DNA from: Octopus vulgaris
Taxonomy: Eukaryota
Reading direction: 5' to 3'
Length of the DNA: 64,000 bases
NCBI GenBank assembly: GCA_951406725.2
Contig: OX597816.1
Span: 116,684,001-116,748,000 of the forward strand
How positions within the stretch are numbered: the stretch's first letter is position 1; every line of letters starts with the position of its first letter. Position numbers and translations under genes: made by a program. Shown one piece after another: positions 30,290-43,719 of the stretch. The notes under the pieces were generated by a model. The model saw only the letters and a program-made list of their open reading frames with translations, was not told where the DNA came from and searched no databases.

Positions 30290-30544
30290 GTATAGCAGGT
30301 GTGGGGAGTTGTCCCGAAACATTGATTGTGTTGTTGATTGGCAAACTTCTATTTATCAACTACTTTACCTCTTTATAATGTTACACAAGAAATAACAGCC
30401 AAATTTCAACTCATATTACATGTCACTATAAAAATAGAGCACTTAGGAAACTGAGAAGATGGCCACGCTTGGAATGCTTTTGATAATTGGCCTAATTGAT
30501 GTAACTGATTTTTAAATAAGTAAATATTAACAGCAGGAATGATA

Positions 30545-30760
30545 GGGCTCAAATGAGCTACGAGGAAAATTAGGTATGAGCAGAATCAGATATAGTGTAC
30601 TACAGCGTATATTACACTTGTATGAACATGTCATGCAAATGGAAGATGACTGTTGGATTAAAAAATACCCAAGCAATCAAAGTAGATGGAGTCTGTAGAA
30701 GAAAAAGCCTGAAAAATATGAGAAATGGTAAAGGATTCTCTCAGAATGTTGAATGTCACT
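30545..30760 (+). pseudogene. RTE-clade LINE C-terminal fragment
   Basis: LRGKLGMSRIRYSVLQRILHLYEHVMQMEDDCWIKK resembles the RTE motif RLRWYGHVxRM. Confidence 0.6.
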
Positions 30761-30924
30761 ATTTCTGAGAGACATCCATAGATCTCTCTCTTCTCCATTC
30801 ACTACAACTGATCCACACTCTTACAACCTATCCAACCACGTATCATCTCCTTCTCTCTCTTTCACCTACCATCTTTCTTTCTTCTTCTGCTTACTGTATT
30901 TGTTTTGCAATATCATTATTATTG

Positions 30925-31142
30925 TTTTACTTCTCAGAGTGCTCAGTCTTGTTTGCTCTGGTAGATTCTGTAAGAGCAGACAGCAGCCTACTGTCAGAGG
31001 TCTCACGAGGTCTCTTTCTGTGCATTAAAAGCTTTGATACTTGGTTGTTAATTATCATGGGAGACATTCTACATCCAAGTACTAATCTCAAAATCCTAGC
31101 TGTCCCCAGAAGAGCAATTTTGGGGGCTTGCTCTGCTCTCAT
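30925..31142 (-). mobile_element. 3' end of another R4/Dong-like family
   Basis: KIALLGTARILRLVLG matches QKIALLGTAHILRRTL at 60071; different 3' UTR ending at a short AAT run. Confidence 0.7.
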
Positions 31143-31314
31143 ATCAATGTTTTTTTGAGCTTACTCTTTTCTCATGTCAATGTTTCATGGCTTGCTCTGT
31201 TCTCATATCAATATTTTCATTAAGTACCAGTGAAACACTGGGATCAATGTAATCGACTAGTTCCCTCCCCACAAATTTCAGGCCTTGTGCCTTTAGTAGA
31301 AAGGATTATTATCA

Positions 31315-31356
<42 letters not shown>

Positions 31357-31357
<1 letters not shown>

Positions 31358-31688
31358 GGCGCATGACTCAGTGGTTAGAGTGTCGAGATTACGATCATGA
31401 GGTTGTGAGTTCAATTCCTGGACCAGGCTGAGAGTTGTGTTCTTGAGCAAGACACTTTATTTCATGTTGCTCCATTTCACTCAGCTGTAGAAATGAGTTG
31501 CGGCATCACTGGTGCCAAGCTGTATTGGCCTTTGCCTTTCCTTTGGATAACATCAGTGGTGTGGAGAGGGGAGACTGTTATGCATGGGCGATTGCTGGTC
31601 TTCCACAAACAACCTTGCCTGGACTTGTGCCTCAGAGAGTAACTTTCTAGGTGCAATCCCATGGTCATTCATGACCAAAGAGGGTCTC
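31357..31688 (+). mobile_element. SINE with family B-type head and a different tail, inside (ATT)n
   Basis: GGCGCATGACTCAGTGGTTAGAG...GAGTTCAATTCC...TTCTTGAGCAAGACACTTTA; tail GGTCATTCATGACC. Confidence 0.8.
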
Positions 31689-31715
31689 CTCCTCCTCCTC
31701 CTCCTATTATTATTA

Positions 31716-31773
<58 letters not shown>

Positions 31774-31889
31774 CATTATCATCATCATCATCATCATCAT
31801 TATTATTATCATCATCATCATCATCATAATCATCATCATTATTATTATCATCATCATCATCATCATCATCATTATTATTATCATCATCC

Positions 31890-31939
<50 letters not shown>

Positions 31940-32461
31940 ATCAATATAATACAAAATCAATGATGTTATATAGTACTTGCTTGTTACAAGTAATTAATGT
32001 TTTAAAGCAATATTTTAGGGATAAATACTTCACCAGGGTTCATTTATATGCCGGTTCAGTACAGCCTGTAATTCAAAATATATTTTTTTAATGCTAACTT
32101 TTACGAAGCCTCCTTATTTTAACTGTTTAATGCACCAGTTTCCCCCCATTGAAACATTAAAATCTAATGTGTGAAATGAGATGTAATAAAAAAAATATAA
32201 TTGTTTGGTCTCATCTTTCTTGCTTTTAATGAGGTGCTCCTCTTCAATTGGCACCTTTTACCCCTGCCCCTAGTTACACTACTGATTGTAATAGCCACAA
32301 TTCCTTGGAGCTGACAGTTCTTTTACTTCCCAACACAAGCATTCTCAGGCCACTTGTCTCCCCACCTCTTGTCATTTTCATTGTATCCAAACACAATTAG
32401 CTTTGCAAATCCACTACACCTAGGCTTTCTTTCTTAGAACATTAGTAAGTTCCTTCCCAAG

Positions 32462-32704
32462 TCATATAGACTCATAGGGCTGGTTTCCCAGTTCCCCAGT
32501 TTCCATAGCATATGTATTACCCACCGGGTTGGGATGCCAGTCCATTGCAGGATTACTCATTTTTGCCAGCAGAGTGGACTGGAGCAACGTGAGATGAAGT
32601 GTTTTGCTCAAGAATACAATACAGTTACTCAGACCAGGAATCAAACCTACAATCTTATGATCATGAGTCCAACACCCTAACCATTAAGCCAAGTGCCTCC
32701 ACAT
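32462..32704 (-). mobile_element. SINE family B
   Basis: Reverse complement of 9367-9610. Confidence 0.8.
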
Positions 32705-33489
32705 CTGAGAACATTGGCCCTCTTTCTTATGTCCTGCCTGCAGGAATTCACAAGCAACAGGTTCAACAGAACATCAATGACATTGAATTCACTAATCTTA
32801 AAGGGCCTGCAGAGTTCATGAGCAGTCCTCCCTTCTAGAGACACAGCAAATAAAAAATATACATACTCATACAACAGGTTTCTGCACCATTACCTGTACA
32901 ACTAATTGCATATACAAAACATTTATCAAACTGAAGCTGCTGTAGGGACATGCATCTCAAAGTTAGTCTACAGTTTTCTTTATACCAACATGTTTCCTCC
33001 TTTGGTTATCATAATCAAAATTATTGTAATTATTATAATGATTATTATCCTCATGACCTTTGTTGCCATTGATATCATTATTGTTTGCACTGTGTGTGTG
33101 TGTGTGTGCGTGCGTGAATGTTTATGTGTGTACACACACACATACACACATAGACATATAGAAAGAGATAGATATAGGTATATATATGCATGTGTGTGAG
33201 CATATGTGTGTCTACACCTATTTGTCAATATATATGTATATGTCTGTGTACACACGTACACACACATATAACACACACACACAGATATATATACACACAT
33301 ATACACACATATACATATGTATACGTATATACACATATATATATTATACACATACACAAGCATACATGCATGCAAAGCACACACACATCATTTTCCAGCT
33401 GAGATTAGGGAGAACAATGAAGAATGAAAAACAAAGTAATTAATTTTCTTTGTTACTAATTCAATACACTTGTGAGCATGCAATAATGG

Positions 33490-33527
<38 letters not shown>

Positions 33528-34095
33528 AAGTATAAGTATATATAATATATATGATTAAATAAATATATATATATATATATGTGTGTGTGTAGATACACAC
33601 AGACATACACATGTACACTCAATCATATATACGTAAATATGTAGACTTGTCCATTTATATATATATATATATTATATAATATTATATTATATTATATTAT
33701 ATTACATTATACTATATTATACTATATATATGCATATGCATATGTGTATATTTATATATATACGTGTATGCACATGTATGTGTATGTATTTATTTATGTA
33801 TATATACATATATAAATACAGGCATATTTATATATGAATTGAAACTAAAAAAATATTTATACAGTATTTGATCGCTTCATGTGTACCTTTCAATTTTATT
33901 TACCTTCTTTTTTACATTTTTTTTTTGCTACATAATACACATACTTATATATTTGTATGTGTATATATGTGATAACCTATACTGTTGTATTTTTGTGTGT
34001 TCATGTGTACATATATACACAAGTATATATATATATTATGTATATATGTATATATAGATAGATCGATATTGATATATAGATATACAGATATATAT

Positions 34096-34153
<58 letters not shown>

Positions 34154-34517
34154 CGGTGTGTGTGTGTGTGTGTATGCAGACACATACACATACATACATA
34201 TAGAAAGGGTTTGTATATAGAGACACGTGCAGATAAACATTTATGCAATCGATTCTCTGCTTATTTGCTTTTAAGTAAGATAAAGTACTTAGAGGGTGTG
34301 ATGGGCAGTTGGAGTGGAAGAAGAGTCGGAGACGGAGTAGGAAGAGGAAGAGAAACAAGGTATGAGACTGGGTGGTATAAAATTCTAACATTCTGAAAAT
34401 CATCAAAACTCTATATACTTGTCTACACAAAATCTACCAGTTTCCTTTGTAAACAAATTTCAAAACTTCACACATACTATAATAGATTATATCTATATCT
34501 ATATATCCATGTATCTA

Positions 34518-34572
<55 letters not shown>

Positions 34573-34844
34573 TTGTGTGTGTGTGATGCTTATGTTCTTC
34601 CTACTTGCATGCATATACAATAAAGAGTTACTTACACTAATACATATAATATTCTTATACTCTTAATTCTTATCTACCCCACCTCCACCCCTCAGATAAA
34701 AAGAGCGTGTATTATGGTTTTGTTGATTTCCTTTCCAGTTATTTATTTTTGTCATTCACAACAGAGGTATGTATGTTGCGTGAGTATATATATATATATA
34801 TGTATATATATGTGTGTGTATATAGATGTATATATGTGTGTGTG

Positions 34845-34898
<54 letters not shown>

Positions 34899-34934
34899 AA
34901 TATACATACATGTGTGTGTGTGTATATAATATAC

Positions 34935-34985
<51 letters not shown>

Positions 34986-35546
34986 TGTATGTATGTATGT
35001 ATGTATGTATATAACTAAATCAAATGGTTATTATTTACTTTTGATTCAGCAATTGTCTTTTTAGTCGTGACAATGTATTCTTTTTTTTCACTCCCTTTCT
35101 TTTATCTTCCCTTTCTCTCTTTTTAAAGTTGTTGTTTGGTATACTATTTTGTTGTGTAGTGTTTATCTGTATGGTCGGCTTTTTATTTTATTAATTTTTT
35201 TTTTTGGCACTTGTTTTGTTTTTCTCGTGTTTTTATTTTACTTTAATTTCTTTTGTTACCTTAGTTCAAAAAGTTACTTTTCACTCGATTTTATACATTT
35301 TCTTCAAATTTAACAAAATAACCTTTGTTGAAATGCGATTTGTTTTGATATCATTGTTTGGAAAACAAAATGTCTAGTTACTTTTTTGTATTTGTTTTTA
35401 ATTGAGTTTTTTTTTTTTTTACACATTATGATAAGTTTTATTACAATAATAATTATTACTGTTGCTGCTGCTGGTGTTGCTAATATTCCTGATGATTTTG
35501 ATGCTGATATTAATGATGAAAATTATGTTATTATTTGTTATTTACA

Positions 35547-35603
<57 letters not shown>

Positions 35604-36461
35604 AATGCACTCAGGCTTTGTGGAAGCATTTGAATCATTTCTTACCTTGCATATACAGTTTTCATTTGATGAGAAAGTTTACAGAAATAATTTATTTTTG
35701 TTTTTGTAAGAACCCCATGGTTTTCAATTAATAAATATGAATTAATTATTATGTTTTTTTCCGTTAAATTTAATTTATCTTCAGCAAAAACATTCCTGAA
35801 GTTTGCAGGAATGATATATTGATGGTGAAGATATGTTTTATACAACTAAGTTGAACATTAATCCACAGATTTGGATATGGATTATGTTTAATTGCATAAC
35901 CATGAACTAAAATTTGCCAGTAAGATTATTCCAGCTATGAAATTTTGAATTTGAGAGAACTTGCCAATAAAAACCCTATAAATTTCAAGAAAGTCATAAT
36001 TTATTTCATCTAGGCTGAAAAATGAATGTTTGTGCTTATATATATATACTTTGGGTTGATCTCTGTTGCTTGTTTTTACCTTAGTACACTATACTACTAA
36101 ATTTGTTGAACATCAAGTGGGTACTTCAAACAAATTCTACAGCTGCATGATTGCTCTTGGTCAGCTAATTACCTGTCCATTCCATTCAATTCTAACAAGC
36201 TGAATAACTAACCTTAGCAGAGTTCCTTTATAATACCTTATACTTATGTCGTAACAGAAAATGGTACACTATCAAATTAAAGAATTCCCTAGCTATGTTA
36301 ATTCTTACTGTTACATTAGATATCAAGTTGTTTTTGATGCAGGTGGATGAGTTGCTTACCTTTGTACGTCTATTAATCTCTCATTTGGTTTATGGTATTG
36401 TCTCAGACTATTGTTATCTAGTCTCAAGACTGTATCTATAGAATTAATAGGCTTGGCTATA

Positions 36462-36625
36462 GGCACAGGCATGGTTGTGTGGCAAGAAGCTTACTTCCCA
36501 ACCACATGCTTCTGGGTTCAGTCCCACTGCATGTCATCTTGGGTGTCTTCTGTTATAACCTTGGGCCAACAAAAGCCTTGTAAGTGGATTTGGTAGACAG
36601 AAACTGTAACAAGCCCATTTTGTAT
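36462..36625 (+). mobile_element. SINE family A head
   Basis: GGCACAGGCATGGTTGTGTGGCAAGAAGC...GGGTTCAGTCCCACTGC. Confidence 0.75.
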
Positions 36626-36856
36626 GTGTCTGTGTGTGTGTATATATGCATGCATATATATAGATATATACATATATATATATATACATACACACACACA
36701 CATATAAAAGTCGATTAGTGTGTTTAAATGTTGAGTAGAACACCAGTACAGTTTAGGTTACCTGTTGTCGTCCACAGTAGTGGTATACTTCCGTTGAATC
36801 CACTTCAGGAACTCCACAGTAGCAGGTGATGGATTCAAGGATATAATTTTATTGGG

Positions 36857-36900
36857 TACAACATGTGTTTCAACCCATCAGTCTGGGTCTCATCAGCTAC
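36857..36900 (-). ncRNA. Degenerate minimal hammerhead ribozyme motif (PLE pLTR-type)
   Basis: Minus strand GTAG CTGATGA GACCC-8nt-GGGTT GAAAC ACAT GTT GTAC, followed by AATAAA. Confidence 0.6.
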
Positions 36901-37181
36901 ATTCATAAAGATATGGCTCACTACAGATTTTTACTGTTGGCCAGCATGCTGTTATATGCCCATCAAGTTAGGGAATGAATAAAATAAATAATATTACAGA
37001 AACGCAATAAATTCAAATATGAAGATGGGAATCTTTCTTTCTAACTTAGATAAAATGACCTAATCAGCTTTCATTGTCATAAATGCTTACAGGAAAAACA
37101 AAGTAGAAGGAAAATGGAAGAGTAATATTTAATAAGAAGTTTTATGTCCAATCAAATACATACAGACAGAGGCACACATAC

Positions 37182-37243
<62 letters not shown>

Positions 37244-37249
37244 TATATA

Positions 37250-38140
37250 CAGGGTATCCCCCAAAAATTGTATACACACTTTGAATAATTGTAAAGTAGG
37301 TGTTTATTAAAATACTTTTCATTTTCAAAATTTAATAGAATCTGCAGACATTATTTTATTGTTTGGTCAATGCCTGTTTTCAAACTGATGTCCGTTCTGG
37401 TTCAGGCACTGCTGACAACACAAAGCAATGGAATCGCAAATATCACGAAACAATTCCTTTGGTATCGGTGTGCCTTCTCGTTCAATGGCTACTCTCAAAT
37501 CAGCGACTGTTGCATGTTTCATAGTGTAGACTTTGTCTTATAGGTATCCCCATAAAAAAGTCTAGTGGTGTGAGGTCTGGGGAACACGGAGGGTATTCAA
37601 CGAAATCCCTTTGTCCAATCCACCTGTTTGGCAAGATCTCATCAAGGAAGGATCTAACATAGTGATGGTAGAGTGAGGGTGTCCCATCTTGCTGAAAATA
37701 AAACTCCTCATCTTCAAAGTCTTCTCTAATGCATTGCACAGACGATTTTGGAAAGCCTACCTCATAATTTACAACTGCACAGATTTTCTTGGACCGTGTT
37801 ACGTTTCCAGTACTTCTTGCTTTGTGGGGGTTGTTGACGTTCGTGGCTTTCTGGAATGCTTTTCGTGGTTGTGGATATTCTGAACAGTTCCATTGGCTTC
37901 AAACTTATCTCTAATTCGAGTGATGGTGAGTCGCATTGGTGGATCTGTTTGAAACTCCCTCCTAAACTGTCTTTCCAATTCAACTGCGTTTTCACATTTC
38001 CAGTAGCGTTTTAGAATTAACTTACTTTGTTCAAAGCTTAGTCTGACTGCTATCATTAATTCCAATGGGTTTCAGCTGAAAAGGAAAAAGCATCAATTGA
38101 GTTATCAGCTGTTAAAGTGTGTATACATTTTTGAGACACC

Positions 38141-38143
<3 letters not shown>
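37250..38143 (-). mobile_element. Tc1/mariner DD41D (rosa/VS-type) element, internally deleted, both TIRs present
   Basis: TIRs CAGGGT(A/G)TC..AAAA..TGTATACACACTTT at both ends within (TA)n; N-terminal HTH-like ORF 37799-38065; QQDG...SPDLTPLD with 41 residues between the aspartates. Confidence 0.88.
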
Positions 38144-38182
<39 letters not shown>

Positions 38183-38309
38183 CTTACAAAATAAGGACAA
38201 AAGAAAAATTCTAATGCCAAATATGCCGAAAAAAAGACAAAATTGTCAATAACCATTATAATTTATGCGTCTCGAAACAAACCGATTGAAATTTCTAAAA
38301 AATCCGTTA

Positions 38310-38370
38310 TTACCGTATTGGTCCCAATTTCGGGGTTAATTCATAAGAATTTTCTCCTCTTCAGCGATAA
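38310..38370 (-). ncRNA. Type I hammerhead ribozyme motif
   Basis: Minus strand TTATCG CTGAAGA GGAG-AA-AATTC-TTAT-GAATT-AA-CCCC GAAA TTGG-GA-CCAA TA CGGTAA: complete core, 6-bp stem I, AUA cleavage triplet. Confidence 0.75.
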
Positions 38371-38527
38371 ATACGTAAGACATAAATGGAATACTTACTC
38401 ATACCTAGGGAAAAAGCAAGCACTAAGTCCTGAGCAGACCTAAGTACCCCAAATATATTCCAAAATAGAAAATCTTCGGCACATCTCGAGACACGTGTGA
38501 TTCGATCTAGAAACTTTCACACATTAG

Positions 38528-38572
<45 letters not shown>

Positions 38573-38657
38573 AACGTATATATACACGTACACACATAGA
38601 TAGATATACATACATATAAATATAAACACATATATGTAAGTACACACATCCGTATGT

Positions 38658-38690
<33 letters not shown>

Positions 38691-38694
38691 CATA

Positions 38695-38858
38695 CTTTAT
38701 TTTAAGCAGCAGAAAATTCAACAAAATCTGTTACTCTGAGTTTCTCGTTGCCGTTCATCAGACAGTTTTGCTAGATTCTAGCAAAAACTGTCTGATGAAC
38801 GGCAACGAGAAACTCAGATTAACAGATTTTGTTGAATTTTCTGCTGCTTAAAATAAAG
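38695..38858. repeat. 164-bp near-perfect palindrome with a hammerhead-like motif in each arm
   Basis: Arms 38695-38775 and 38777-38858, 1-nt centre, one mismatch and one indel; each arm reads CTGT CTGATGA ACG-GCAA-CGA GAAA CTCAGA(G/T) TA ACAG. Confidence 0.85.
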
Positions 38859-39004
38859 CATATTACTCTACCACTGGTATTTGAGTACTCTTTTTTCCAC
38901 CTTGTTTCACATATATACATACATATATAGTTGCATGTAGATACATAGGTAGACCCAAACTCTCACACACACGCAGAGAGACATATACACTCACATATAT
39001 GCAC

Positions 39005-39067
<63 letters not shown>

Positions 39068-39199
39068 ACCATATAATGTATATATACATATATACATATA
39101 CATACATGCATTGTAAAGATACACGTCTAAACACGTTATTTGTATACGGTTTTCTTTAGTATATGTTTCACGGTTACAGTTCATGAGGTTTTAACTCAG

Positions 39200-39720
39200 G
39201 GAATTAATCCAACTTGTGAGTGTTAGGTTTGCATCAGTCAGGTGTGGTTTAGATTGTAGTATTTGAACGTATTTTTAGCTGTATGCATGCACCTGGATAA
39301 TCGTTCCGTAAATCTGTTTATAATGCACTCCTTCATTAATAATACTGAGAATGGCTCCTCAGAACATAACTTGTATTTCTGGGATAATGTGTTATAGGGA
39401 CTCGCATGTCTAATTATGGGCCAGGTCATGTCGTATTTTGTCTTCTCTTCCTTGAGCCTCCATATAAAATCGGCCAGTGATGTTACATGCCGCTTAAGGA
39501 TTTTTCGGAAGCTAACAATGTGGTTGCGATATCAATTTTTGAAAATATCAGCTGATGCACCGATATATACGTAGGGGCTTCCTCTCGAATTTACTTTGCA
39601 CTTTTACACCACATTTCTGCTCATGCACTGGCTGTCCAAAGGACATTTGGATCTGTCCCTGGATGAGCATAATTGGTCGTTTTTTTTTTGTTTGCTTGTG
39701 TGCAGCGAGCACCAGACGAA
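39200..39720 (-). pseudogene. Penelope-like element, GIY-YIG endonuclease C-terminal remnant
   Basis: RNHIVSFRK..KRHVTSLADFIWRLKEEKTKYDMTWPIIRHASPYN...KLCSEE...NRFTERLSRCMH, typical of PLE C-termini. Confidence 0.75.
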
Positions 39721-40394
39721 TTGGCTCTGTTCAATACATTCGTGGTTAAGGTTATCCTATTATCATTTTTACTGTTTCTGTATGCGTTTGTGTTGTTTGA
39801 ATTGTTGTTGGTGTGATGTGTTGTTTGGTTATTGTAGATATTGCAGTTGTTTTTTCTCAGTTGGTTGGTATTATAGTTAAAGTCATTATCACTTTGATGC
39901 ATTAATTGGTTGGTATGTGTACTGTCTCTAGCTTGGTTATATGAGCTACAGCCAATTTTGAGGAGCTTATTTTGAATGCAATCTCCTCGCTATTTTATGA
40001 TTATTAATCCTATGAATGTGATGTTCCATAGCAACAGACCTCGGCGGAATCTACATCTTATCCCAGATACAGTTATATACTCCAGGAATGAGTAGAGGTC
40101 TATACAGGGACGATGCATTTTTCTTCAGACATAGATGCAGTAAAGTACAGTGAGATAAATACAAGAAAGCTTTATTTAAGTTTGTTTTTTTTAATTCGGA
40201 ATCTCTATCACCATAAATAGCGAATACCGTAAAATAAACTTTTTAGACGCTACTCTTGATATAGATACTAGTCTGCACGACCCGTTTCATAAACCCAATG
40301 AGTGCCTAACACGTTGGATGTAATCATCCACCATTAATAATTAGGGGACTAGTTAAGAACATCTTGGCCAGAATATCTAAATTATCCACCTGAA

Positions 40395-40717
40395 GCAAGT
40401 GTCTTCTACTATAGCCTCGGGCCAACCAAAGTGTTGTTAGTGGATTTGATAGACGAAAACTGAAAGAAGCCCGTCGTATATATATATATATATATATGTG
40501 CGTGTGTGTGTGTATATGTTTGTGTGTGTAAGTGTCTGTGTTTGTCCCCCTACCATCACTTGACAACCGATCCTGGTGTCCCCATAACTTAGCGGTTAGG
40601 CAAAAGTGACCTATAGAATAAATACGAGGCTTACAAGGGAATATGTCCTGGGGACGATTTCTTAGATTAATGGCTCCAGCATGGCCGCAGAAAAATAACT
40701 GAAACAAGTAAAAGAAT
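40395..40717 (+). mobile_element. SINE family A (5'-truncated)
   Basis: GCAAGTGTCTTCTACTATAGCCTCGGGCC...CTCCAGCATGGCCGCAG..CTGAAACAAGTAAAAG. Confidence 0.8.
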
Positions 40718-40774
40718 ACACATTTGCGTGTATATATATATGTGAATATATCCATTTGTATACTTATCCTAATA

Positions 40775-40826
<52 letters not shown>

Positions 40827-41060
40827 TGAGAGAGAGTGTAAACCCATGGGTAGGAAATCGAAGGAAATCTATATAGAAGATCCAAATAAAACAAAGCTGT
40901 AAAATTTGGAAAATAGAAAGAATTATCAGGTTTTATAGAACAAAATAAAAGTACATTTTTAATGAAATATATTTGAAAGAAAAGGTATTTTTCATCATAT
41001 ATATATATATATATGTATGAAAAACATTATTTGTTTCAAATATATTTCATTGAAAACGCA

Positions 41061-41113
<53 letters not shown>

Positions 41114-42023
41114 CAAAGCGAGGGAGTGGTACATACATACATACATGCATACATACATACATACATACATACATACATACATACATACATACATACATAC
41201 ATACATACATACATACATACATACATACATACATACATACGCATACATGCATACACATACACTCGTTGAAATCTAGATACATATGATGACAAAGGCGATA
41301 CTGATGCTGGTTGCAATAAGGATGATGATAAACAATGATCATGATATAGATTCATTTTTATTTCCAAAACTGCTTCTCTAATAGCATATCTCCCCTTTGC
41401 CTGATTTAAAACAAGATTTTTAAAGGAATGAAGGCATCTCATCTTAAGGAAACATTGAATCTAATGAAACATTGAATATAAAACTTTAAGCAGATTTATG
41501 ACTCATCTATATATCTATCTAAAAATATCTGTCAAAAATCTAGCCAATCATAATGCAACGTTTTTCTTGTTTTTATCTTCCCCTGTTGAGTTTATTGTTG
41601 TTTTCCAATATTTGTTTATTTAATAACACTAAGTTATTTTTATTATATTTTATTCAGGTTTTGTTGATATTTTTTCACATTTTCACTCTTTTCCATCTGT
41701 TTCATATATATATAGGTATACACACACATGCATATATAGATGTGTGTGTATATATATGCATATATACATAAATATACATATATATATATGTTTATGTGTA
41801 TATATATCTATCTATCTATATATATATACATATATATACATAAATGTATGTCTATATGTATGTATATTCATATATATATATATATACATATGTATATATG
41901 CACGCACACACAAATATATACTTTATAAAGGAGAGTATGTATATATATACATTATAGATGTTTGTATATGCATATATGTGTGTATGTGTGGGGGTGAACC
42001 TACCAATGTGTATAGCATTTATA

Positions 42024-42055
<32 letters not shown>

Positions 42056-42267
42056 AATCGTGGATTGCCACTAGTTCTGTTCCAAGAGTTTAAATGTTAT
42101 GTGCGGCAGTATTTTAATCTAATATTCCAAGTGTATATATTCATTATATATACTTACATAGATATATGTGCATACATATCTATATATACATACATATACG
42201 TATGTATATGTACATACATATGTATATAATATACATATGTACATATGTATATATGTATATATTTATA

Positions 42268-42307
<40 letters not shown>

Positions 42308-42414
42308 ATATATACATATATATGTTTGCATATATACATATATATAAATGTGTGTATCTAAAAATATACATATACAGACACATGCACAAACTTATATAGA
42401 ATTATATGTATATA

Positions 42415-43483
42415 CGAGTGGGTACCCAAAAGTAACCGGAAACGTTCCCCGTGGAACAAACCCGTTGTAGTTCAGGCTTCTGTCGCTAGAAGCCACTTGA
42501 TGCCGCCCTCAGTCATTAGTCTACCGACCGGCGGCGTCCGTCGGTGTCATATTGCCACGTAGTGCGTCTTTGCTTTGCAGTGCTTCTCCCCTGTTCGTCG
42601 ACTTTTGCCATGGCTGGAACGAAGGAACAGCGTACTTCTGTGAAATTCTGTTTTCTGTTGGAGAAACGGCGGCCGAAACAGTTGTCATACTTCAGACAGT
42701 TTACAAGGACGCTTCCATGCGCAAGACACAAGTTTACGAGTGGTTTTCACGCTTTAGAAATGGTCGCTTGATGCTTGATGACCAACCTTGTTCAGGACGA
42801 CCGTCGACCTCCCGAACGAGTGAAAAAATCACGAAAACTCATGAACCTGTCTTGGAAGACCGTCGCCAAACAATTGACGAACTTGTTAATATGACGGTGT
42901 ATCCAGGAGCTCCTGTCAACGAACTTTCAGCGAGGAATTGCGAATGAAAAGAGTTGCTGCAAAATGTGTGCCTCGCTTGCTCACGAAAGATCAGAAGCAG
43001 TCACGACTGAATGCGTGTCGTGAACTGAAAGAACAGTTGGAAGTTGATCCGAACCTTTTTCCGAAGGTCATCACTGGTGACGGAAGCTCATGTTACGGCT
43101 ACGATCCAGAAACGAGGTACCTATCAAGTCAATGGAAACATTCAATATCACCACGGGCCCCTCACCCAAGAAAAGTGAGTCAAGTGAAGTCCAATGTCAG
43201 ACGAGGCTGATTTGTTTCACCGATGCGAAAGGAATTGCCCACACAGAATTTGTTCTTCCTGGTCAACCTGCTAACCAGACATTTTACTTGACAGTCCTGA
43301 AGCGTTTGCGAGAAACAGTGAGATGAAAACGGCCCGACCTGTGACGAAGTGGGGAGTTGCGGTTTCATCGCGACAATGCGCCAGCACACACTGCCTTTAG
43401 TGTGAGACAATTTTTGCCAGAAATGGCATGACCTCACTTACCCACCCTTCCTAATCGCTCGATTTTGCTCCCTGCGAATTTTT
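42415..43483 (+). mobile_element. Mariner transposon, left TIR plus frameshifted transposase, 3'-truncated
   Basis: TA|CGAGTGGGTACC end; ATG at 42610 MAGTKEQRTSVKFCF; VYEWFSRFRNG; SGRPST; AAKCVPRLLT; ITGDGSSCYGYDPET; HRDNAPAH; degenerate SLDFAPCEF. Confidence 0.9.
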
Positions 43484-43719
43484 ACTGCAAGAACAGCAAC
43501 AATAACTAGGACATTCACTGGTTATAATAGTTGTTTATTTAATGAGTAGCAATTATGATGACTTTAGCAATGGTTGTATAGCAATGATGGTAGTTGTCCC
43601 CCTTTTTTTGCTACTGGAATTTAAACGTGGTCGGAACTTGATTATGAAGAATATTTCTTTGTTGATGAGTTGCCGTTGAATTATATTATCACTAAGATTA
43701 TATAGAGAGAAAACCTTGA

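Noticed and set aside
35642-35845. Minus-strand ORF ending at AG|GTAAG
   Set aside because: No clear acceptor, and the peptide is AT-biased without motifs.
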